23,158 bases of DNA from Microbotryum violaceum (taxonomy: Eukaryota). Below the pieces are notes generated by a model. It was not told the origin of the DNA, did no database searches, and saw nothing but the letters and a program-made list of their open reading frames with translations. Shown piece after piece: positions 11,089 to 21,199 of the stretch. The stretch spans positions 3,038,001 to 3,061,158 of the forward strand of contig CDLV01000005.1 of assembly GCA_001244265.2 (NCBI GenBank), in the 5' to 3' direction. How positions within the stretch are numbered: position 1 is the first letter of the stretch; each line of letters begins with the position of its first letter. A program made the translations under genes and the position numbers.

Positions 11089-12546
11089 CCTCCCGAAATT
11101 CAGGCCATTTTGGGGTGATCTTCGGTAACTTGGCAAGTAGGCGCATCCCAAAGTGAAGGACTCTATTTGTTGTAAAAATGACATACCCCAAGTGGCGAGA
11201 GCTTTCGTAAGCTGTGGGTGGAGCTGCAGCGATCCGACGTCTGCGATTTTGGTCGATCCGGTCTCAGATGGTCCGGGCGCATCGTGTACGTGGCGCTGAT
11301 GATCGATGATGGGCGAGCCTGCTCCTTTCGGCTTGCTCTCTTTCCGCACGCTTCGCTATTCTCCTCTTTCCACGATCATCCGTCGGCCACGTTAAGCGCG
11401 ACAATATCTGAAACCGAAAATGACCCGAACAAGCAGACGCCATACCTCATCAACTCGCCAGAACAATCGCCGCGAGGCGGATCTATTCGCTGAATATTCT
11501 ACTAACCGCGATCCCTCGCTATGTCAATACCTGTCGTGGTACTTCAGCCCATAGCACATCCACACGATTTGAAGGCGTTCCACAACAGCAACTGGTTCAG
11601 CCTCAAGCGTGTACTTGATCTCATTCTACAACTTGCATGCGAGCACTGCATGGCGCACTGGCAGTCAAGAAGCCGAGTCAATCACTGCCATCGCCGAGCC
11701 TGCTCGGTTTTTTCAGAGACAGAACACGCAGATACACTCTGGGGATACTTGAATGTGATGAAGGAACTTCAATGCTCGTCGAGTCACTCCGCAAAAATCG
11801 CTACCCTTTTAGAAAGCTCTGCCATGGGCTGGGCTCTGTGATTAGCGTTGAAGTTCCTTCATCGATCGCATTCAAGTATCCGTAGAGAATCTGCGTATTC
11901 TGTCTCTGAAAGATCAAGCATGCTCGGCGATCCAGTCATTGATTCGGCTGCTTGACTCTGCGCCATCCTCACGTGCAAGTCGTAGAATCAGATCAAGCAC
12001 ACGCTTGAGGCTGGACCAGGTGCTGTTGAACAGCTTTGGTCGGTGTGTTTGAACGCCTTCAAAGCGTGTGGAAGGGCTGAAGTACCACGACAGGTATTGA
12101 AACAGCGAAAGATCGCGGTTAGTAGAATATTCAGCGAATAGATCCGCCTCGCGGCGATTGTTCTGGCGAGTTGATGAGGTATGGCGTCTGCTTGTTCGGG
12201 TCATTTTTGGTTTTAAATATTGTCGCGCTTGAGGTGGACGACGGTGATCGTGAAAAGAGAAGAACAGCGAAGCGTACGCAAGGAGATCAAGCCGAACGGA
12301 GCAGGCTCGCCGATGACTATGAGAGCGCCACGTACACGATGCGCTCGGGCCATCTGAGGCGCGATCGACCGAAATCGCAGACTTTGGATCGCTGCAGCTC
12401 CACCCACAGCTTATGAAAGCTCTCGCCACTTGGGGGTATGTCATTTTTACAACATGAAGGAAAATAAAGTCCTTTGCCTTTGCATGGATGCGCCTACTTT
12501 CCAAGTTACAGAGAACCACCCCAAAATGGCCCTGAAATTTCGGAGG
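11089..12546. repeat. Large imperfect inverted repeat (foldback): arms ~11089-11776 and ~11844-12546, 67-bp spacer
   Basis: The arms match as reverse complements along their length. Examples: CCCCAAGTGGCGAGAGCTTTCGTAAGCTGTGGGTGGAGCTGCAGCGATCC vs GGATCGCTGCAGCTCCACCCACAGCTTATGAAAGCTCTCGCCACTTGGGG; inner ends GATGAAGGAACTTCAATGCT vs AGCGTTGAAGTTCCTTCATC. Confidence 0.95.
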
Positions 12547-12864
12547 GGCGCGCCGATTACTCGTAAGCCCCAGAGGGAGGGCTTAGTTGAGCGTAGGTCT
12601 TAGCTGAGTTGCGACTTATAGATTCGAGCGTCAAGTCGCGCGCCGAGTCGAGTGGCAGTCAAGATCCGACGCAGGCCCTTGGCTTGCTTGCGATCCCGCC
12701 GTCACCAATTGAGCACCTCAGCCCCTATACACTCCCGGACGGGCGTCAGAGGTTGGGAGTTCGGACGTGAGCAAGACGAGAAGAGCACACTGCGTCGAGG
12801 TTGAGCAAATCATAGAGCATCCTAGACCTCGTATTCTTGCACCGACAACTCCCGGGAAGAGGCC

Positions 12865-13777
12865 ATGGCGCGTACGTTCCTCCGTTCCTCAGCGCTCAGC
12901 GCTAGTTGGGCGACGCTCTCGTCTCTCGTGTATGCACATACTTACCCTTGTCCTGGTGCCATATCAACTTGTTCTCATACGCCATCCGGACCCCACGATC
13001 CTCACTTTTTGGACGTACTTCACGCCGCTCACGTGACCCGGACCGACCCTCTTCATCCTCGAATCAAACTGCTCGCCTTTCGTCCTAAACGACCCCCCAT
13101 CTCAACTCGATCGAAACAGGCGGTAATCAACGTGAGAATGTAAGCTATCCCCTCAAAAAGCAAAACCTTACCACTGCATTTCGTCTTGGGCCGAATCGCG
13201 GTTCGGCTCGAGAGACGATCTTTGAACGAGTTGGGGAGAACGAGGAAACTGATCCCCCCCGCTCTTTCGCTCTCTTTCTTTCTTCTTCTTTTTCCTGTAC
13301 TTTCGGTTCGGAAATCGCACCTCTATCTCTCGCCCAAATCTCTCTCGACGCGCGTGGTATCTCTATTCAACCTCGCCTTACCTGCTTCTTTGGACGTCTC
13401 GTAATGGCCGATTCGCTTAACTCTTTTCACGCCCGCTCTTACTTGCTCTTTTTACCGAACCCATTGTTGAACTTGGGTAGGATCGAGCCAAGGTGTGTTC
13501 GTCGTCATTCTCCCCCCCCACCAGCCTCTAAAAACATAAAAACATATCATTCATCAACATCTTACTTCACCTAACCCCCCTTGACAACAAAAACGAAAAC
13601 AAAAAGGCCCAAAAGAAAGCTATGTCGATGAACAAGGGTCCTAAAGAATCGGGAACGACTTTGAAGAAACGTCAAGAGGAGGATGCGGAGAAGATGAGGG
13701 AGAAGAATCGATTGGCGGTGGAGAAAAGACAGAAGGAGGAGGAGGAAAAGGCGAGTTTGGCTAGGGGGGGTAAGTAG
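12865..13777 (+). CDS. Small EDRK-rich factor (SERF/4F5 family), 69 aa; exons 12865-12871, 13120-13139, 13481-13492, 13607-13777
   Basis: Spliced product MARGNQRENDRAKAQKKAMSMNKGPKESGTTLKKRQEEDAEKMREKNRLAVEKRQKEEEEKASLARGGK carries the family signature M(A/T)RGNQRE...R.K...DAE.MR.K. All introns are GT-AG. The gene is invisible in the ORF track. Confidence 0.88.
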
Positions 13778-14220
13778 GGGTTTTTGGGGGAGGGGGGGAT
13801 ATGAAGGCGTAGTCGTGTAGTCGGGGTGTGGGAGGGGTTGTACTGTTCTTGAGGAGAGGTCGGTGTCATGCATCTTTAAAATGACGTTGGGTCCGGAGTC
13901 CCTCACTGGGATTAATTCGTTCCAGAGACTGCGCCCACAGGAGAAGCGAACGAGTCGAGATGACAAGAAAGAGCTCACTCTCTTTCTCGCAGCATTTTTT
14001 GCTCGAACAAAGATTGGTCTCGATAGGGAATCACATCTTTACATCACGAGAACGTCATCCCAAGTCGAGGAGAGATCGGATCGGATCATAAAGTTCCTCA
14101 TCACTGCACTCTGGGGTGAATTCTCCTTCCCTTCTCGCTGTTCTCTCTGAACCCCCATCCGTCGAGTATCTAATCTCTCTATATCAATCTTCAATCTCAA
14201 GCCAACGACCCCAAACCATT

Positions 14221-15836
14221 CTAACACAACCCCTCCAAATCACCCCTCTTCTCAACCCTCCCACCCCTCTTCACCTTACACCCCTTAACCCACTCCAATC
14301 CCTCTCCCGCATAACTAACCAAAGCACTCAATTCAACTTGAACCCCTTCATCAACCTCCGCTCCAGCTTCAATCAACCATCGTCGATGTTCATTCAATAA
14401 ATCGCGTCGAGAAGTAAAAGGATCATCGTTTCCGGTTCCAGGAGCGTTTTTCAAAGGGGAGAAGTCTGTCGTACGTGAAACTTGAAGAAGAGCAAAAGAA
14501 GTTGGTTCGACGAAGGGGAAAACGTCAAAGATGAATAATTCGAGTTTGATACCGTTCGGTGTGGTTGGTTTGATCAGATTGCCAGATGGGATTGAAATGT
14601 GAGGGATTTTTTTGGTCGCGATGTGGTAGGTTAATTGGTCAGAGAAGGTACGGATTGAGGTGAGGAAATCGAGTGAGTAGAAATGGTTCGCAATGTTGGC
14701 GGCGCGGTAGGCTAAATCCCCTTTATCGTCGCGTAATTCGGAGAGGGAGGTGGGTAGTTCGGAGTATTCGATAACGGTGTAACGATTGTTTTTGAGAGCC
14801 ACGACGCCGACGGATTCGGTTGGTTGAGTTTTGGTCACTACTTTGGCGCCGCAGGAGGCGTTCTGGGAAATGCAGTAGCCGAGAAAGGTCGGGTCGCTGA
14901 CTCGAACGAGGCAGTTGTCGACACAGTAGGCGTGTAGGTACTTGATGCCTCGGGCTTGAAGATCCGAGAGAACTGTAGTCGAGAAGGTGGAAGAGAGAGG
15001 AGAGTCGAGAGCAGAGTAGAGACCACCGTTGCCGTCCGGTGCGACCGCGACCGAGGACGGGGTGTCGAGTAGGATCTTGCCGTCGTTCGAGAGGCAGGGC
15101 AACACACCTGTGAAAATGTCTCTCAGACGCGCTTAGCATGCCTGATTGGTTATCGTACTTGACCTCAACGGTCAACCTGAGACGCACCCTGCTCAAAAAA
15201 GACGACCTGTCCTTCCTCCAATCCAAAGTAACGATTCTCCCTGAAAAACTGCTCCGTCGGTCCCCTCGTCGGACCACTCGTCATAATATACCACACCAAA
15301 TTCTTCCCCTCTCCAACTCCTTCTCCACCACCAGCTTCTTGAGCTACGATTTGCAACCTCTTGATCCTTTCGGCTTGTAATTGGAACAAACTCTTGTGAG
15401 AAGGGAGACCAATGTCGTAACAACCTTTCGGGGCTGAACTACCTAGACGGGTACCTTGCCCTCCGGCGAGGAGGAGGATCGCTACTTGGCCGAGACGGAT
15501 CGAGGAGAGACCCTGGGAGGTCCAATTTTGTACTTGGGGTGAGTTGGACGAGTCGGGAGTGATGACGCCGACGCGGTCTCGGGGTGGAGGGGAGAAGGTA
15601 ATACTCTCGCTTTCGCTTTCGCTCGGGGAAGAGGAAGAGGAAGAAGAGGCGTCCACCTCGCGTGCTTTGGCGTAGATGCGATTCACACGCTCTGGATCGA
15701 TCGTGGAGAGTTGGGAGAGGAGGGAGTCTTGTTGAGTCGGGCTGAGAGTGTCGTAAAAGTGGAGAACGTGCGATTGATTCGCGGCGGCGTAGCGCGCTCG
15801 GATCGAGTCTAGCGTCGCAGTGGAGGGGGATGACAT
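14221..15836 (-). CDS. UAP1: UDP-N-acetylglucosamine pyrophosphorylase, about 511 aa; exons 15836-15188, 15107-14221
   Basis: Motifs LLAGGQGTRLGSSAPKGCYDIGLPSHKSLFQLQAERI, WYIMTS, FFEQGVLPC, APDGNGGLY, YCVDN, IEYSEL, ANIANH, NGIKLELFIFDVFPF, FSPLKNA and SYAGEGLE. One GTGCGT..CACAG intron. Confidence 0.96.
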
Positions 15837-16375
15837 GGTGCGTCTAGTCTGTGCGAGAAAGAGCATAGGTCTGGAATGAGCACATGCGTCATGGTGAGTT
15901 GACTGTACGACGTCGCACCGTCGTCGCCCGCTCCGAGTCGAAGGGGGGGCGACGCGTCACTTTCGGTAACAGTCGACTCACGGGAGATTCGAGGTACTCG
16001 CAAGTTGAAGAGCCCGAACAAGTAAGCGAGCGAGATGGGGGAAAGAAGCCAAGAACGGCGTGCGGCGTGCTCAGTTCGCGCTCCGGACTGCGGACGATCC
16101 GATGACCCCCGATCCGATCCGATGATCGTCGCACGCCTGTCACTCGTGTCTCGGTCTGTCAAACCTTTTCAAGCGCTTCCGTAGGGCTTCCATTCATGAA
16201 TTCATCTCTCTTTACTTTCAGTCTATGTACAGATATCGAATCAAAGTCTTACATTCACAGTGAAGCCGACTACCCACCGATCGCTCCGAGTCGAACACGA
16301 ACGAATCTTCACCCAAACGCGCAACCTCTCTCTAAATCTAACCCCCTAACCCCCCTTGCGACGAACATCCTACTC

Positions 16376-17969
16376 TTAGCCTAAAACCCTGACCACGCCA
16401 CCGACCCACCCATCCGCGCCGGCCAAACAAGCGCCCAACCAACCCACCTCCGTATCTAAAGGTACGATCACCCCTTGAACGATTAATTCTGCGAGAACGG
16501 GTTTAGGCGCCTCGAAGGAGAGTTCTGAGAGTGATGGGGGGAATAAGAGGGGGAGGAGATGTTGGAGGTGGGTAAGGAGGGGGAGAGGTTGACCTTTTCG
16601 AATGTCAAGGGAGGTGTGTCAGACTCGATTCGTTCATTAGAGCAGAGCGAGCGGACTTGCCGTTTTCTCCTAAAGGCGGGCATTGGTCTTGTAGGACTGG
16701 ACCGCCGTCCGGGAGGTAGAGCCGTAGAGGTACTGATTTGACCAAGTTGTACGTCTCTGAAGAGGGGGCGGAGGCTCTTGAGGAGGTCGTGAAGGAGGAA
16801 GAGGAGTTATGATGGGTCGGGGTCGGCGGTGGGGGTGGGACGAGCCGAGAGGCGATGTTCCAGAATTTGTCGAGGTCATCTGTGAGGGCGAGAAGAGCCG
16901 TCTTAGCCTGTGTAGGATCAAACGAGCCCGATTTCAAGTTGTATATGCACTGTTGACGACACCTTCCCACAGACCGTCTTGCTGCTCTTTACGAAGATTC
17001 GTCACGCGTTTGACCGAACCCCATCGCACGTAATCCGCTTCCTGTTCGGTTCGAAAGCCAGATCAGCATTTTACTCCAAACTCGTTCCCTCGTCGACTGA
17101 CCTTGACCATATTCATAAAACACGCCCGACAACCTTCGACGCCATTACCCAACAATAACGCATCCTTGGGGGGGTCCTTTAGGTGCAAAGTGAGCTTCCA
17201 CGGTAATTCGAGAGGCTTGAAGAGTTTGGATGATGAGGTGGAGGAGGGAGAGGAAGATGATAGGTGAGGGACGGAGAGCAATTCGCGAGTTGGGGAAGAG
17301 CGAGGAGAGGCGCGGGTCGAACTGGGGGTGGGGGAGGGGGAGGAGGAGGAAGAGGTAGGTTTTGTCGAAGGGGAGGAGGAGGAAGAGGCGGAGTGATAGT
17401 CGTATAGAAGCCCTATCGGCCAGTGCCTGCATGAAAGACATGGGCCGCTATGAGTAAGGTCGTGGTTCGCTCGCTCGGGAACACGCACCATTTGAGAGGG
17501 ACGCCGTTGTATTCGAACCAGAGATCGTGCAAGTTGATGGTGGCTGCTGTCGCTTGGTCGAGGGCAAGGTCGAGGAAATGGGCTTTGATGTCGTGTAGCA
17601 AGAGGGGTAGGTAGCTGATACGACTGGCTTGGGTCTGTGCGAGGGAGATTGATTAGCTCTGGGAAAAGAGTAGAGAAGGAAGAGTGCACGTACGTAATAG
17701 GCTGCTATGAGTGCGGGATCGACATTGCTCGGCAGCTCGTTGGGGGCCACGTGGATCTGCAACGGGAGCGAGCCGTGGTAGACGAGCGAACGCAGCTCGG
17801 AAGCGGTCACGGTCGACGGGGTCGCCGCCGAAGAGGACGAGGCCCAGGTGGAGGTGGATGGGGTGGTGAAGGACGAGGCGCGGGATTTGGCGGGGAGGTA
17901 GCGAGAGGTGGACAGCGAGGAGGACACTGCGCCGACAGGGGCGAGGGAAGTGGGGGGCAGCGGAGCCAT
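16376..17969 (-). CDS. ATG5: Autophagy protein Atg5, about 424 aa; exons 17969-17694, 17634-17489, 17426-17102, 17041-16951, 16879-16661, 16593-16376
   Basis: RISYLPLLL...[22 protein letters not shown]...LPWKLTLH...FMNMVKEADYVRWG (region of the conjugated lysine)...DKFWNIASRL...SVPLRLYLPDG...LLPLLFP...VQGVIVPLDTEVGWL...ADGWV. The last intron is GC-AG. Confidence 0.93.
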
Positions 17970-18301
17970 GTGGGGAGACAGCCTGCGACAGGTGACTAGT
18001 GGTCAGCACTGAGCCAAGAGGCGATGATGAGCGCAGGATGCGCACTTGCTGACGGGAGTGGCTAGGTCGTGGCCCCTGTCGTGTCGAGTCGCGAGAGGTC
18101 AGTCCCAAGCACAGCCGGCAGAAAGCCAACACGCGCCGCGCGCGCTTCAGGCCTTCAGGTCACGCGACTTGTAAGCAGCTTGTAGTCTCTTGTAACAACG
18201 GTTAGTAAAGCTGGGATATATCGCTAGTCGCCAGCCTGTCCACGCGCCTGTTCCGCCCGCCTGCCCCCCACCCACCCACCCGCACGCACCCCCCACCGAC
18301 C

Positions 18302-19637
18302 ATGACGGTTCCGACCACGCTCGCCACCCCGTCCAGCTCGACCCCCGTGCTGATCCACGAACTGCAACACCTACGCAACGCCAACGTCGATGATCCCCAC
18401 AGAGTCGTCACGTTGGCGACGGCGTTGATTGAGCGAGGGTACGCCAAGAGGAATGATGATGATGGTACGTCAGCTGGCACCGATCGTTCTCAGCGTTGAG
18501 CGTCGAACCCTGATGAACTGCTTTTGCTGTCTTTTGGTCATCAGTGTGGGCCTTCTTGGAACAAGCGGCTCAGGCAGCGCTGCAATGCGGGCAGGTCTCC
18601 TTGGCTCAGGTGAGCTGTCGGTCACTGCAACTCCCGCTATCCCACACCTGTATCTAATCCATACCCTTCCCTTAGGTCTGCGTCCAACGCCTCTCGTCCC
18701 AATTCCCCAACTCGAACCGCGTCGCCGCCCTACAAGGCATGCTCTACGAAGCTCAAGCCGAAACGCACAAGGCATGGGCTCACTATCGAGAATGGCTCAC
18801 CAGGGACGAGGCGGATGTGGTTAGTCGAGCTTGATCATCGGGATGTGCGTTCGAGTGCAGAGCTAATTGGGTGCACTTTGTGATCAGATGATGAGAAAAC
18901 GTCTCATCGCCATTCACCTCAGCTCGAACGAATTATCCTCACCGCCTGTATCAAAAGCAGACTCGTCGCCTTCCGAGCCGAATCGGGAACACGGTCTGCG
19001 CATGTTGGTCGAATACCTCGAGACGTACTATCAGGACCCAGAGGCGTGGAGTATGGCTGCTAGAACGTATGCCGAAATGGGGTCGTACGTTCGCTAGGGG
19101 ACGTGCTTTCTCTTTAGAAAGATCAATCAAATCTGATGCTCTTTATCTGGGATCTCGTGATCAAACAGTTATGCGCAATCCCTAACAGCCCTCTCGCACC
19201 TCATCCTCCTCGCACCTCATAACCCCTTTCACCTCCTTCATCATGCCGAAACGGCCTACACGCTCAGACAATACGATTTGGCCTTCAAGGAGTTCCTCAG
19301 GGTCATAGAGATGAGTGATGGGATGCAAGGCGCGGGGAGGAGGGCGGGCACGGGCGCGAGATTGGTGAGTTGGGACGAAAGACTGCCTAAACCAGGGTGC
19401 CGAGGGGAGAGATGGAACTGATGCGGGTTTGGTTTGGTGGGCGCGCTTCCTTTCGCTCAGTGCATCGAACGGTTACGATCAATCACCACGGCTAGTTCGG
19501 ATCCCTTATTGAAACCTCAACGAATTAACGAGCTCGAGAGGATGTTGACGAGGTTATTGATGGAGGGATCCGCCAAGGGTGCACAGAAAGAGGTGTGGGG
19601 CAAGTGGTTGGGAGGGACACAGGAGAAGAGGGGTTGA
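18302..19637 (+). CDS. EMC2: ER membrane protein complex subunit 2 (TPR protein), about 313 aa; exons 18302-18464, 18545-18609, 18676-18819, 18888-19084, 19169-19364, 19461-19637
   Basis: VWAFLEQAAQAALQCG...CVQRLSSQFPNSNRVAALQGMLYEA...RKRLIAI...LVEYLETYYQDPEAW...YAQSLTALSHLILLAPHNPF...AETAYT...LAFKEFLRVIE matches the EMC2/TTC35 pattern. Five GT-AG introns, phase-consistent. Confidence 0.88.
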
Positions 19638-19897
19638 GCTTTGGTGAGGGATGGGATGGGATTGGGGACGAAGGATTTATTGTATTTACATGAAATATAC
19701 GGGCAATTGGAGGGGAGAACTATTCGTTGTTTGAAACGACAGGGCCGCCGTCCCTTCGCTTCATGCCGATGACTCGGAGGAAGACCCCGGTCAGGGAGTT
19801 CGATCGCGACGGGGAAACACGACAACTCATCTACATGCATCGTTTGAAGGTGGGGGGGAAACGGTCGCAGACGAAGGTGTGCCCCACTTGGTTGGGC

Positions 19898-19988
19898 AGT
19901 ATATACGTATCATAGGTGGGGTACAGGCCAATTCCGGGATACGTTTTGGAATAGAACCCCAAATTCCCAGTGAAAATGAAAATTGACA
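19898..19988. repeat. Leader/terminal segment of the array module, copy 1 (91 bp)
   Basis: AGTATATACGTATCATAGGTGGGGTACAGGCC...GAAAATTGACA is identical to 22700-22789 except for one extra C. The flanks to the left of the two copies are unrelated. Confidence 0.92.
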
Positions 19989-21102
19989 GTGCACGGTCAA
20001 TTGCTCGTGCACTGCTGAAATCCACTTTTTCGACTCTGAAGGGCGGCACAAGTCAAAAACCGTCAAATCGAGGTGCACGGTCGATTGCTCGTGCACTGCT
20101 GAAATCCACTTTTTTGGCAAAACCGTCAAATCGAGGTGCACGGTCAATTGCTCGTGCACTGCTGAAATCCACTTTTTCGACTCTGAAGGGCGGCACAAGC
20201 CAAAAACCGTCAAATCGAGGTGCACGGTCAATTGCTCGTGCACTGCTGAAATCCACTTTTCGACTCTGAAGGGCGGCACAAGTCAAAAACCGTCAAATCG
20301 AGGTGCACGGTCGATTGCTCGTGCACTGCTGAAATCCACTTTTTTGGCAAAACCGTCAGATCGAGGTGCACGGTCGATTGCTCGTGCACTGCTGAAATCC
20401 ACTTTTCGACTCTGAAGGGCGGCACAAGCCAAAAACCGTCAAATCGAGGTGCACGGTCAATTGCTCGTGCACTGCTGAAATCCACTTTTTCGACTCTGAA
20501 GGGCGGCACAAGTCAAAAACCGTCAAATCGAGGTGCACGGTCGATTGCTCGTGCACTGCTAAAATCCACTTTTTCGACTCTGAAGGGCGGCACAAGCCAA
20601 AAACCGTCTAATCGAGGTGCACGGTCGATTGCTCGTGCACTGCTGAAATCCACTTTTTTGGCAAAACCGTCAAATCGAGGTGCACGGTCGATTGCTCGTG
20701 CACTGCTGAAATCCACTTTTTCGACTCTGAAGGGCGGCACAAGTCAAAAACCGTCAAATCGAGGTGCACGGTCGATTGCTCGTGCACTGCTGAAATCCAC
20801 TTTTTTGGCAAAACCGTCAAATCGAGGTGCACGGTCGATTGCTCGTGCACTGCTGAAATCCACTTTTTCGACTCTGAAGGGCGGCACAAGCCAAAAACCG
20901 TCAAATCGAGGTGCACGGTCAATTCCCCGTGCACTGCTGAAATCCACTTTTTCGACTGTGAAGGGCGGAACAGGTCGAAAACCGTCAAATCGAGGTGCAC
21001 GGGAAATTCCTCGTGCACTGCTGAAATCCACTTTTTCGACTCTGAAGGCCCCAACAAGGCGAAAACCGTCAAATCGAGGTGCACGGGGAATTCCTCGGGC
21101 AT
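19989..21102. repeat. Tandem array 1: 15 palindrome-bearing units with periods of 84/83 and 63 bp
   Basis: GTGCACG-N10-CGTGCAC starts at 19989, 20073, 20136, 20220, 20303, 20366, 20449, 20533, 20617, 20680, 20764, 20827, 20911, 20995 and 21079 (last copy degenerate). Spacings: 84,63,84,83,63,83,84,84,63,84,63,84,84,84. Confidence 0.97.
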
Positions 21103-21177
21103 TGCGAGATGGCAGTGCAGCGTGAAACTTTGTGCACCGAGTAACCCTGAGCCCAGAGCGCTGAACCGGGATTGGAT

Positions 21178-21199
21178 CCGAAATGGGTTTCCATTTCGG
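21178..21199. other. Perfect 9-bp-stem hairpin CCGAAATGG-GTTT-CCATTTCGG
   Basis: Seen directly, about 75 bp after the last array unit and 14 nt before a CTAG (21214-21217). Confidence 0.7.

Noticed and set aside
11059-12519. ORFs within the foldback (e.g. 11914-12519, 11521-11841)
   Set aside because: Frames are not preserved between the two arms (indels, stops) and no transposase motifs are present.
16337-16392. Telomere-like CCCTAA-type motifs near the ATG5 stop
   Set aside because: Only two or three imperfect units, in a purine/pyrimidine-skewed gene end like others in this window.
7289-19637. Apparent proteostasis cluster (PAC2, SERF, ATG5, EMC2)
   Set aside because: Interspersed with unrelated UTP23 and UAP1. 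Broad housekeeping categories co-occur by chance, and no synteny evidence is available.
19879-19924. Imperfect inverted match GTGCCCCACTT / AGGTGGGGTAC across the left boundary of leader 1
   Set aside because: 9/11 match, absent at leader 2. Probably chance, although target-site complementarity cannot be excluded.
19989-21102. CRISPR array (leader, palindromic repeats, degenerate distal repeat)
   Set aside because: The sequence between palindromes is itself repeated (two fixed variants) rather than unique spacers. There are no cas genes and the context is eukaryotic.
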